Made by a program: the position numbers and the translations under genes. This document shows, piece by piece, positions 53,690 through 63,468 of a stretch of 64,000 bases of DNA. The notes under the pieces are model-generated. The model saw nothing but the letters and a program-made list of their open reading frames with translations, was not told the DNA's origin and searched no databases. This DNA is from a virus. Location: the IMG/VR virus record IMGVR_UViG_3300035180_002703, positions 1 through 64,000 of that record; one strand, given 5' to 3'. Numbering within the stretch: the stretch's first letter is position 1; each line of letters starts with the position of its first letter.

Positions 53690-56565
53690 GCGGCGCAGGT
53701 ACCCGGCGGGCGCAGGTACCCGGCGGGCGCAGGTACCCGGCGGCGCAGTCTGTCGGAGATCCGGCGGGCGCAGGTACCCGGGCGGCGCTTACCCGGCGGC
53801 ACTACCCGGCGGCACTACCCGGCGGGCGCAGGTTTCGGCGGGTTCCGTACCCGGGCGGCGCTTACCTGTTCGCGTATCCGTTCACTACCTGCGGGCGTCG
53901 CTTCTACCCGTACCCGTTCTGCTACCCGTTCCGTACCCGTGCGGCGCGTGTCCGTCCATCCTGGAGCGAAAGCGGCGCATTCTGGCAGGTACCCGGCGGC
54001 ACTACCCGGGCGCAGGTACCCGGCGGCGTACCCGTTCACTACCTGCGGGCAGGTACCCGGGCGGCTACCCGGCGGCTACCCGTTCCGTACCTGCGGGCGG
54101 AGCTTCTACCCGGGCGGAGCTTCTACCCGGGCGGGCAGGTACCCGGTGGACGCGTTCGCGCGCGTTCTACCCGTCGACCGGCTACCCGTTCGCGTGCAGG
54201 ATACCCGGGCGGCGCTTACCCGGCCCATAGGCGGCGCTTACCCGGGCGGGCCCATAGGCGGGCGGCTACCTGCTACCTGCTACCCGGGCGGAGCTTCTAC
54301 CCGTTGCCATTCGGCGGCGCTTCTACCCGGCCCATAGGCGGCCCATAGGCGGCGCTTACCTGCTACCCGGGCGGCTACCTGCTCTGCTACCCGGCCCATA
54401 GGCGGCAGGTACCCGGGCGGCAGGTACCCGGGCGGCTTGCCGTACCACGGCGGGCGGGTCCATAGGCGGGCGGGTTCCGCAGGTTCCGTACCCGGCGGCG
54501 CTTGCCGTACCCGTTGCCGTACCTGCTACCCGGGCGGCAGGATAGGCGGGCGGGCCCATAGGCGGGCGGGTTCGGCGGCGTACCTGCTACCTGCTACCTG
54601 CTACCCGTTGCCGTACCCGGCGGCGCTTGCCGTACCTGCTACCCGGGCGGCGCTTCTACCTGTTCGCTCGTACCTGCTACCCGTACCCGTGCGGCAGGTT
54701 CCGTGCTCGTGCAGGTACCCGGGCGGCGCTTACTGCTACCCGTTGCCGTACCCGGCGGCGTGTTCGGCTCGTGCTACCCGTACCCGTTACCCGTGCAGGT
54801 TCGGCGGCAGGTACCTGCTCTGCTACCCGGCTTCTACCCGGCTTCGGCTTCGGCGCGCGGCTTCACCTTCTACCCGGCTTCATGGCGCTTACCTGCTACC
54901 CGTACCCGTGCAGTCTTCTGCTACCCGGCTTCTGCTCGTGCAGGTTCGGCAGGTTCGCGATACCCGGCGGCTTCTACCCGTCGACCGTCTACCTGCTACG
55001 GCGTCTTTGCCGTACCTGCTCTGCTACCCGTACCCGGTGCGGCGGCTTCGTACCCGTGCAGGTTCGCGCGCGGCTTCTACTCGGCGGCTTTCGGCGGCTT
55101 CTACCCGTCGACCGTCTACCTGTTCGGCGGATTTGCCGTACCCGTACCCGTACCCGTACCCGTACCCGTGCAGGTTCGGCGGCGGCTTCTACCCGGCTTC
55201 ACCTTCTACCCGGCTTCTGCTACCCGGCTTCGTACCCGTGCGGCTTCGCGGTATCCTGCGGCTTCTACCCGGCTTCTTCTCGGCTTTGGACGGCTTCGCG
55301 GCGGCTTCTACGGAGCTTACCTGCTACCTGCTTCGCGGCGGCTTCACCTTCGCGGCTTCTCGGAGGATACGGCGGCTTTCTGCTACCCGGTGCGGCTTTC
55401 TGCTACCCGGCTTCACCTTCTCGGCTTCACCTTCTCGGCTTTCTGCTACCCGTGCGGCTTCGGCTTCACCTTCTCGGCGGCTTCTACCCGGCTTCTCGGA
55501 GGATACGGCGCTTACCCGTTACCCGTGCAGGTTCGGCGGCTTCGGCGGTCTTCGGCTTCTACCCGGCTTCTGCTACCCGTGCGGCTTCGCGGGTTCGGCT
55601 TCGGCGGCTTCTGCTACCTGCTTCGCGGCGGCTTCTACCTGCTACGCGGCTTCGCGGCTTCTGCTACCCGGCTTCTACCTGCTACCCGGCTTCTACCTGC
55701 TACGCGGCTTCTACGGCGCTTCTACGGCTTCGGCGGCGCTTACCTGCTACCCGTACCCGGTGGACGCCTTCGCCTTCTCGGCGGCTTCTACGCGGCTTCT
55801 ACTGCTACCCGTGCGGCTTCGCCTTCGGCTTCGGCGGCGGCTTCTGCTACCTGCTACCTGCTCTGCTACCCGGCTTCGGAGTGATACCCGGCTTCGGAGT
55901 GTTTCGGAGGATACGGCGCTTACCTGCTACGCGGCGGCTTCGCGGGTTCGGCTTCTTCGCCTACTCGGCGGCTTCGTACCCGTGCGGCTTCTACCTGCTA
56001 CCCGGCTTCTCGGCTTTCGGCGGCTTCCATGGCGCTTACCTGCTACCTGCTACCTGCTACCTGCTATCTGCTACCTGCTACCTGCTATCTGCTACCTGCT
56101 ACCTGCTACCTGCTACCTGCTATCTGCTACCTGCTACCTGCTACCTGCTACCCGGCTTCTTCTCGGCTTCTCGGCGGCTTCGGAGTGTTTCGGAGTGCTA
56201 CCCGGCTTCGGCGGCTTCGGTCGCAGGTATGGGCGCAAGCATGGGCGCAGGTATGGGCGCGGCTTCTGCTACCTGCTACCCGGCGGCTTTGGACGGCTTC
56301 GCTTGTGCTACCCGTACCCGATACCTGCGCCATACCCGGCGGCTTCGCGGCTTTGGACGGCTTCGGAGTGTTTCGGAGGATATGGCGGCTTCGCGGCTTC
56401 TGCTACCCGGCTTCTACCCGGCTTCTATGCGGCGGCTTCTGCTACCTGCTACCCGGTTTCTATGCGGGTTCGGGTTCGGGTTCGGCTTCTACCCGGCTTC
56501 TGCTACTCGGCGGATTCGGAGTGTTTCGGAGTGTTTCGGAGGATTATCGGCAGGTTCGCGCGAAT
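53690..56565. repeat. 3-kb low-complexity mosaic short-word array upstream of terS
   Basis: Built from CTACCTG, CTACCCG, CGGCTT(C), GCAGGT, CCGTAC; tandem (CTACCTG)n at ~56036..56150. Confidence 0.9.
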
Positions 56566-56580
56566 TTTCGCATACGAGGC

Positions 56581-56610
56581 TTGACAGTTTCGCGGGTTAT
56601 TATCTATAAC
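56581..56610 (+). promoter_or_regulatory. Candidate sigma70 promoter upstream of the terminase genes
   Basis: TTGACA-18-TATAAC. Confidence 0.55.
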
Positions 56611-56886
56611 ACGGCGAATCTGCTGGTACGCCGTGTCCGTGCGCCGTAGCTTATCGGCGCGTATGATATAGGCGGAAGGTCGTACTACTTGCGGTCTTCC
56701 GCCATTCTTTGGGGAGCATAGGGAGTAAGGGAGCATGGGCAGGGAGCGTCGGAATCTCTCGGCGGTCGAATTGGAGCAGGAACGGCGGGAGCGGGAGAGG
56801 GAGCGAAGGGAGCGGGAACGGCGCAGGAGTCGGCGCAGTAAGCGTCGCGGGTGGATGGATTCGGCGCAGTATAGGGAGTATGTCTG

Positions 56887-57723
56887 ATGCCGCGGACTAA
56901 GGGAGCGAAGGCGGGGGGTGACGATTCGAACGTCGCGCCGGTACGGACTACGAAGGGTCCGCCTACTATGCGTGGCGCGCGGGAGATTGGGCAGCTAGTA
57001 ACGGAGGAAGACGCGGCGGCCATTCGTGCGCAAGCGGAGGAGTATAATCGTGCGTCTGAGGAACGAGAGTCGCTCGAAGTTGGAAAGGGGATACTCCCTC
57101 GGCGTCGCAAGGCGATAGTTCCTCGGCGTGCGAGGCCGAAGGGAGAGCTTGCGCCACTTCTTCCGCAGCAGGAGTTATTCGTCAAGGAGTATCTGACGCG
57201 TGCGCATAGAAGCGCGGCGGTTGCGGCGCGGCTTGCGGGGTATGGCAGGGATAAAGACGTCCATAAAGTGATGGGCTATAAGCTAGTCCATCAGCCCAAT
57301 ATCAAGAATGCCATTGCGCGTGCGTTAGAAGCGACTCGGATGGAGGTCGAGGAGGCCATGTCGCGGCTTGGGGCTGCGGCGCGCGGGGTTGGTGCGTATC
57401 TACGCGCGGACGAAACCGGGTATTTGACGTTGGACGTGAAGCAGATGCTCGAAGACGGCAACGGTGATTTGATTGTTGAGATATCGGATAACGGGCGGGG
57501 TCAGACGGTGAAATTTGCGAATCCGCAGGAGGCTCAGAAGTTCATTGCGTCTGTTGGTATGAAAGTTGAGACGGGGTTTGGCGCGAAGAACGTTCAGCCT
57601 ACTGCGCGGGTGGATGTTGACTTGAACGTAGTATTCAAGAGCGTGGCGGACATTTTGACGGAGCGTGCGGGGTTGACGATCGACGCGGAGAAATCGCCCA
57701 ATGAATATACCGACGTCGATTGA
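56887..57723 (+). CDS. terS: Terminase small subunit
   Basis: QQELFVKEYL...AAVAARLAGY...GYKLV..PNIKNAI; overlaps terL. Confidence 0.85.
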   Translation: MPRTKGAKAGGDDSNVAPVRTTKGPPTMRGAREIGQLVTEEDAAAIRAQAEEYNRASEERESLEVGKGILPRRRKAIVPRRARPKGELAPLLPQQELFVKEYLTRAHRSAAVAARLAGYGRDKDVHKVMGYKLVHQPNIKNAIARALEATRMEVEEAMSRLGAAARGVGAYLRADETGYLTLDVKQMLEDGNGDLIVEISDNGRGQTVKFANPQEAQKFIASVGMKVETGFGAKNVQPTARVDVDLNVVFKSVADILTERAGLTIDAEKSPNEYTDVD

Positions 57724-59596
57724 TCCTCTTTCCGCGGAGCGGATACAAGCGGCCATTGATGCGTTGAAGGCGCAGGGCAAGGACCCGACGCTAGAGTTGA
57801 ACACTGCGATGCAGGAGGCGCAGCAGAAGGCCTTTCGAGTATGGCGAGATGGCAGTCCTCCGATGTCGCTTGGTCCGTTTGCGTATCGGGTTGCGGGGTT
57901 CAACCTATCGGCGCGTCAGGAGGCGGCGTTTCGTGGCGCGGGGTTATGGTATCCGCAGGATGTGATATCGCCCGACAGGCGTGTTCAGGAGGTTGTGCTA
58001 GCGTTTGGCAAGGGCAGCGGCAAGGACCGTATCGCGAGCATATTCATTGCCTACATGGCGTACTTGGTGCTTCACTTGGCGGGTGATCCTGCGATCTACT
58101 ATGGTCTTGCGCCAAAGACGCCATTGCACATCCTGAACGTCGCGCCGTCGGAGGACTTGGCGCGGCGTGTTTTCTTTGCCTACCTGAAGCAGGATATCGG
58201 GAGTGATTTGTTTGCGCCGTTCATTACGAATCCGAAGATGCAGATACTGTCGGACGAAATCCGGTTTCCAGATGTTGGGTTGTACTTGTACTCGGCGCAT
58301 TCCAACTCGAAGGGTATGGATGGGTACAACCTATTGGCATGGATCATGGACGAAGCCGATGACTTCCTCGATAACGAGAAGCGGAGCAATGCGGATATCG
58401 TCCACAACATCCTGCGGTCTTCTGCCAACACCCGTTTGCGGAACCGTTGGGTTGGAATGGTTATCAGCTACATGCGGTATGCGGAGGGGTTTGTAGACCG
58501 CGTATACCGTCGTGGCAAGGGCGACCCGACGTTCTTTGTTGACAAGGCGGCGACGTGGGAGGTGCGCGAGGATGTAAGTCGTGACGATCCGGGCATTGCG
58601 TCCGACTACGCGAACGACCCGGCGGATGCGGCGGCGCGGTACGAGTGTAGGCCGCTTCAGATTGCGGATGCGTTCTTCGAGATGCCGGAGAAGATCGACG
58701 CGGCTGTTGATAACGAGCGGTTTCCGTGCATTGACGTGGTGACGAACGAGATCATACGGTCGGAGCGTCCGGACGGATCGGTGATTGAGACGATAGGTGG
58801 GGGTTTACTGAGTTCCCACCCAAAGCCTGGGGCGACATACTTTCTAGCGGGTGATGGCGGGCTTTCGGGCGACTCCTTTGCCATTGCATTGTTCCGTGTT
58901 GACGCGCAGGAGAGGGGCGCGGAGTGGCTATGCCCGGATTGCACGCGGTTCGGGACTGATCAGGAGGTGCTCGGTGTAGCGCACTACGAGATCATGCCGC
59001 CGTATTCTCGTGCGGAGGAGGATGCTTACTGCGGCGTGTGTGGGATGGCGATCACCGAGCGTGAATACGGCACGTTACGATGCGACGGGTGGGCGCACAA
59101 GGTAATGGGCGAGCGCAAGTCGGTGCTTGTGAACGGTCGTCCTGTGACGTTGCCACAGGTGATTGAGGAGGGTCTGTTGGAGTTCAGGCCGGAGCGTGCG
59201 TCTCGGGTTGGGCAGGTCAACCGGCCCGTAAACTTCGCGTCGGTTCAGAATGTGTGCCGAGACATTATCCAGTCGTGCGCTGTGGTACAGGCTCGGTTTG
59301 ACCCCTGGAACACTGCGCAGATGGTGCAGGGGTTGCAGGGCGTTTGCGATGTAGACGTTATTCAGTTCTCACAACCGGAGCAATACCGTCGGGCGCGGGT
59401 TGTCAAGGCGATGTTGTATGCAGGGTTGATTTCTTTGTTGCCGAATGAGAAAAGGGACAAGGAATGGAAGCGTCTACAGCGAAATAAGGAGCGTATCGAT
59501 CACCCCGAGGGAGGGTCCAAGGATTTGTACGATGCGGAGTCTGTTGCCATATGGTTGGCTGCCCGATGGGCATGTGGCGCGCTAGAGGTGGTCTAA
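57701..59596 (+). CDS. terL: Terminase large subunit
   Basis: Walker A GKGSGKD, Walker B WIMDEAD, nuclease AGDGGLSGDS, FDPWN, IDHP.GGSKDL.DA. Confidence 0.92.
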   Translation: MNIPTSIDPLSAERIQAAIDALKAQGKDPTLELNTAMQEAQQKAFRVWRDGSPPMSLGPFAYRVAGFNLSARQEAAFRGAGLWYPQDVISPDRRVQEVVLAFGKGSGKDRIASIFIAYMAYLVLHLAGDPAIYYGLAPKTPLHILNVAPSEDLARRVFFAYLKQDIGSDLFAPFITNPKMQILSDEIRFPDVGLYLYSAHSNSKGMDGYNLLAWIMDEADDFLDNEKRSNADIVHNILRSSANTRLRNRWVGMVISYMRYAEGFVDRVYRRGKGDPTFFVDKAATWEVREDVSRDDPGIASDYANDPADAAARYECRPLQIADAFFEMPEKIDAAVDNERFPCIDVVTNEIIRSERPDGSVIETIGGGLLSSHPKPGATYFLAGDGGLSGDSFAIALFRVDAQERGAEWLCPDCTRFGTDQEVLGVAHYEIMPPYSRAEEDAYCGVCGMAITEREYGTLRCDGWAHKVMGERKSVLVNGRPVTLPQVIEEGLLEFRPERASRVGQVNRPVNFASVQNVCRDIIQSCAVVQARFDPWNTAQMVQGLQGVCDVDVIQFSQPEQYRRARVVKAMLYAGLISLLPNEKRDKEWKRLQRNKERIDHPEGGSKDLYDAESVAIWLAARWACGALEVV

Positions 59597-60222
59597 TGAC
59601 AGAGGAAGAGTTTAGACGGACCTTCGACCCGTTACGCTCCTATGCGCTTCATCTCGCTCGTGCTATGAGTTGTTCGGCTGATGAAGCGGAGGACGTGGCG
59701 CAGGACGCTATGGTAAGGGCATACAATCATCGGGACGAATACGACCCGATGCGGCCCGCCCGTGCCTGGTTTACGGTGATTGTGCGACACATTGTGATCG
59801 ACCATCATCGCAGGGCTGCGCACCGGGAGCACGTTGTGGAGGTTGCGCGTGACGCGTACCCTGTAGTGACGCGCGATCCGTCGTGTGATTTGGCGATACT
59901 GGGCATATTAGCGGATGCCGCGGCGCGTGCGAGTTGTGGTGCAATGGACATAGACGCTGCGATCATGGCGCATGTGCAGGGGTACACGTACAAGGAGATT
60001 GCGCGCGAGCTGTCGATGGAGGGGAGATTTGTAAGCGTTGCCCAGGCAAAGAGATTGGCGCGCGTAGGTCTCGACCGATTGAAATCGGAGCTACTTCGCG
60101 CGGGTAGTGGGGTTCCGAGCAATGACACCAGGTCCCGCAGACGCCGATGCCGTAGCAGAGACATGAGGATTGAGATTGAGAGTGAGGATTGCCAGGGATC
60201 GCTTCCATTTCTGATTGACTAG
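59596..60222 (+). CDS. ECF-like (sigma70 group 4) RNA polymerase sigma factor
   Basis: EAEDVAQDAMVRAY, AWFTVIVRH..IDHHR, GYTYKEIAREL. Confidence 0.88.
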   Translation: MTEEEFRRTFDPLRSYALHLARAMSCSADEAEDVAQDAMVRAYNHRDEYDPMRPARAWFTVIVRHIVIDHHRRAAHREHVVEVARDAYPVVTRDPSCDLAILGILADAAARASCGAMDIDAAIMAHVQGYTYKEIARELSMEGRFVSVAQAKRLARVGLDRLKSELLRAGSGVPSNDTRSRRRRCRSRDMRIEIESEDCQGSLPFLID

Positions 60223-60243
60223 AAGGCTTGGCTGGGATATAAT
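60215..60243 (+). promoter_or_regulatory. sigma70 promoter
   Basis: TTGACT-17-TATAAT. Confidence 0.75.
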
Positions 60244-60353
60244 AAAGGCGCGATCGTGTATCGTGGGAGGGGACCGGGTTGGAGATACGGCGGTCTTGGA
60301 CGAACATGGCGGCCAGTTATTGTGTTGAGAACGTAGATAAGGAGGGGGGAGCT

Positions 60354-61109
60354 ATGCCTGGAGTATTTGTGCCAGAAGGCATTGATGAAGTTCTGAGGTC
60401 CCATAAGAGGTGGTTGAGCGGTAGAGGTGGAGGGGAGCGAGCCAACCTGTCTGGGGTCGATTTGTCGCACATCAGGTTTGGGGATGTGAAGCTGAAGGAC
60501 GCTAACCTGGCAGAGGCCAACCTTGATGAAGCGTGGTTGGTTGGTGCTGATCTGTGTGGTGCCAACCTTTCCGGTGCGAGCATGAAGTGTACGACGTTGA
60601 GCAACGCGTCACTTCGCGGGGCTAATCTGACGAACTCGGATTTGTTTGACGCGGACCTGAGGTCTGCCGATCTAACCGGGGCGAATCTGTCCGGCGCGAT
60701 GTTGAGCCGGACGCAACTGAAGAATGCTATATGCGATAATGTGATTGCTGCTGGGATGTCGCTTGTTTACGTCAAGGGAGCGCCCGAATCGTTGCGCGCA
60801 TGGTCGTCCATCGTGCCAGAGACTGGCTCATTCGAGCTGTGGAAGCGATGCCGCGATGGTGTGATAGTAAGGCTGTTGGTCCCAGAGGATGCGAAGCGAA
60901 CGAACGCGGCAAGACGTGCTGTGCGGGTATCCAAGGCTATTGTTCTGGAAGTAATTGGTGCCGATGAAGCTCGCAGCTTGTATTCGAATGATGTTGTCTA
61001 TCGCGTTGGTGAAACGGTCGAGCCGGAGGACGAATACGAGGACGATTGGACAATGAGCTGTGCGTCGGGCATCTACGGGTACTTGACACGGCTAGAGGCA
61101 GAAGCGTAG
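60354..61109 (+). CDS. Pentapeptide-repeat protein with DUF5758-like domain
   Basis: Paralogue of 31837..32634. Confidence 0.88.
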   Translation: MPGVFVPEGIDEVLRSHKRWLSGRGGGERANLSGVDLSHIRFGDVKLKDANLAEANLDEAWLVGADLCGANLSGASMKCTTLSNASLRGANLTNSDLFDADLRSADLTGANLSGAMLSRTQLKNAICDNVIAAGMSLVYVKGAPESLRAWSSIVPETGSFELWKRCRDGVIVRLLVPEDAKRTNAARRAVRVSKAIVLEVIGADEARSLYSNDVVYRVGETVEPEDEYEDDWTMSCASGIYGYLTRLEAEA

Positions 61110-61124
61110 TACGGCACGGCGATT

Positions 61125-61216
61125 TGGCCGCATGAAGTGGCGTGTGGCCCGCCACTGAGCGAGATGGCTCCAATCCGCCAGGCAGAGTTCCCGGCGGGCT
61201 GGAGCCGTTATCGCTT
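61125..61216 (+). promoter_or_regulatory. Conserved two-hairpin leader element B, copy 2 (before portal)
   Basis: Matches 4232..4317. Confidence 0.7.
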
Positions 61217-61236
61217 GTTTGGAGGATACTGAGGTG

Positions 61237-63069
61237 ATGACCTTCGGCATTGATTCCGGCCCTGTTGGCGAGGCTATTTCCAACGCATTGCAGTCTTTTC
61301 GCCCTAGTTTGTGGGATCGATTGCGCGGGTCCGACCACTTGCGCGGTCTTGCATTGGAACACATGGCGAAGGCGTATGTGAGCGCCGAAAAGCGCACGCT
61401 GGAGGCTGCAGAGCAGGGCGCAGTTGTTGCACAGACGCTAATGCTTGGTGGGCGATATGGAACCATGCAGGGCGTGCAGGATAAGACGGAGGCCACATGC
61501 TCAGCATTGCGGCTGTATGCGCGTCAATGCGAGGCGGTTGCTGCCATTCGCCAATGCAGGGTTTCTCAGATCGCGCCTTTCGCTAGCCGTCCGGAGATCG
61601 ATCATGGGATGCCTAAGGGGCCCGGGTTCCGCGTTCGGATGACAAGCCGATCTCATGAAGCAACCCCAGAAGATCGGCACAACATCGAGCGTTTGGAGCA
61701 GATGATCGAGGAATGCGGGTTTGTAGAGCCGCCGGAGGACGAACGTCCGATAACCTACCAGCGAGGGTTCGAGCCATTCCTTCGCATGGTTATCGACGAT
61801 AGGTTGACGTTGGGCTGGTTCGCCGTGAGGATGTGGAGCGACAAAGAAGACCCGCACCGGTTCCCCGTTGTTAGTTTCCAGGCTTGGGACGCAGGAAGAA
61901 TCCAGCACGCTCGTGGTTGGGTTGACAAGGTAAAACGCGGGGTGCCTGTGCATACGCCCCCCGTGGATATGCGCGAGGACCCACATGGGCGAGTGCGATA
62001 TGTGGAGGTCGGCGAGGGCTCGTCTACCGGCAGCGTGATTGCTCAATACACGGACAAGCAAATGGCGATGTGGATCGGGCAGCCTCGCACTGATACTCGC
62101 CTCAACGGGTATGGGCTAGGTGAATGTGAGTTGGCGATGTCCTCCGCGGCGTCGTGGGTATATGCGAGGCAGTACAATTCGCTTCGCTTCCGCCGAGATA
62201 GTCTGCCCAGAGGCTTCCTGACTGTGTTTGGCAATGTGGACGAACACGCATTGCAGCGCATCCGGCTTTCGTTTGCTCAGCAGGGCACTGGGGTGGATAA
62301 TTCGCGGAGCTTCCCGATTGTGCACGGAACGCCCCAGACGGGGTCGTCCATTCAATGGACGCCGATCGACATGTCCTCAAGAGACATGGAATACACCCAG
62401 TTCTTTTACACGTTGGGAGTGATCATCCACGCGTTGTTCCAGATTCACCCAGACGAAACCGGGTTTGCCAGCGCGTCCCCGTTCCGTGCCGCTCTGTCCG
62501 AACCTTCTCCGGAGTCACAGCTCAAATGGTCTCAGGACAGAGGGCTGAACGACCTTCTGCGGAGCGTCGCGTCGTTTATGAACCGGCAGATCGTCTGGCG
62601 TCTCTATCCAGATCGTCGGTACTCGTTCGAGTTTGTTGGGCTGGGTGATTATGATCGAATGCAGCGTGTCGAGTATTACGCTCAGATGCTGGCAACTGGC
62701 ATGATTACTCCACGCGATGTGTGGGCGGAGCTTGACCAGCCGCTCCCAGAGGGCCTTGAGGATCACCCAGCATGGGACTTGCCGATGCCGTTTGCTCAGG
62801 GGCTTCAGTATGTTGACTCTCAGCGGCAGCAGGCGATTGCGGAACAGCAGCAGCAACAGCAGCAGGCCCAGGGGCAGGAGGCGCACCAGGCGAGCATGGA
62901 CGCCCATCGCATGCAGATGATGGCGCAAAGCGGCCAGCAGCAGATGGAGGGTGGTGAAGAGGGAGATGAAGAGAACGGGCAGGTCGATAGGTCTGCGGGT
63001 TATTCTATGCAGAAAGCGTTGGCAGACATACCGATCTATCTAGAGCCGCTATTGGGGCGGCACGCGTAA
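61237..63069 (+). CDS. Portal protein
   Basis: NGYGLGECE, FRRDSLPRGFL, W.PI.MS.RDMEY, IHPDE.G; follows terminase; Q-rich tail. Confidence 0.88.
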   Translation: MTFGIDSGPVGEAISNALQSFRPSLWDRLRGSDHLRGLALEHMAKAYVSAEKRTLEAAEQGAVVAQTLMLGGRYGTMQGVQDKTEATCSALRLYARQCEAVAAIRQCRVSQIAPFASRPEIDHGMPKGPGFRVRMTSRSHEATPEDRHNIERLEQMIEECGFVEPPEDERPITYQRGFEPFLRMVIDDRLTLGWFAVRMWSDKEDPHRFPVVSFQAWDAGRIQHARGWVDKVKRGVPVHTPPVDMREDPHGRVRYVEVGEGSSTGSVIAQYTDKQMAMWIGQPRTDTRLNGYGLGECELAMSSAASWVYARQYNSLRFRRDSLPRGFLTVFGNVDEHALQRIRLSFAQQGTGVDNSRSFPIVHGTPQTGSSIQWTPIDMSSRDMEYTQFFYTLGVIIHALFQIHPDETGFASASPFRAALSEPSPESQLKWSQDRGLNDLLRSVASFMNRQIVWRLYPDRRYSFEFVGLGDYDRMQRVEYYAQMLATGMITPRDVWAELDQPLPEGLEDHPAWDLPMPFAQGLQYVDSQRQQAIAEQQQQQQQAQGQEAHQASMDAHRMQMMAQSGQQQMEGGEEGDEENGQVDRSAGYSMQKALADIPIYLEPLLGRHA

Positions 63070-63123
63070 TACAAGCATCTTCCCGCAGTGCGGGAACGTG
63101 CCCAAGGATAAAAGGAGATTCCA

Positions 63124-63402
63124 ATGGGAGCAGTGCCATTCCACCCAAGCCGCAACAATCACCCGACGGCTCCATCTACACAGTGGGAGCTGGTCGATCT
63201 TTCCGGTGGTGATTGGATTCCACAGAACTTCGTACCGAGATATCTGTTTATCGGAGGCGCTGGGAACTTGAGCGTGTGCGACCAAAACGGCGGGTCTGTG
63301 CTGACTGCATATCCGGTGCAGGCGGGGTGGATGTTGCCGCTCGCTGTGGGCAGGGTCGTTGCTGCCACAACGACTGCAACAAACATCCTCGCGCTGAAGT
63401 AG
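63124..63402 (+). CDS. Small beta-rich virion protein candidate
   Basis: RYLFIGGAGNLSV...LPLAV.RV.A.TTATNILAL; RBS AAGGAG. Confidence 0.6.
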   Translation: MGAVPFHPSRNNHPTAPSTQWELVDLSGGDWIPQNFVPRYLFIGGAGNLSVCDQNGGSVLTAYPVQAGWMLPLAVGRVVAATTTATNILALK

Positions 63403-63468
63403 CCGCATTCCATTTATTGCCCGGCGGTGTATAATAAGTGCGACGGGCAATCACTAGAGGAGGGGGAA

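Noticed and set aside
53298-54230. 310-aa ORF after motif A copy 13
   Set aside because: Its ATG abuts the SD; the ATG at 53303 has proper spacing and gives a 59-aa ORF; the long frame simply runs into the array
54437-56649. Long ORFs of 715, 660, 393 and 206 aa in the low-complexity array
   Set aside because: All three + frames are open because the repeat vocabulary lacks stop triplets; no RBS and the translations are repetitive noise
62820-62945. CAG-rich tract in the portal gene as a contingency locus
   Set aside because: In-frame Q-rich disordered tail, a common feature of portal C-termini
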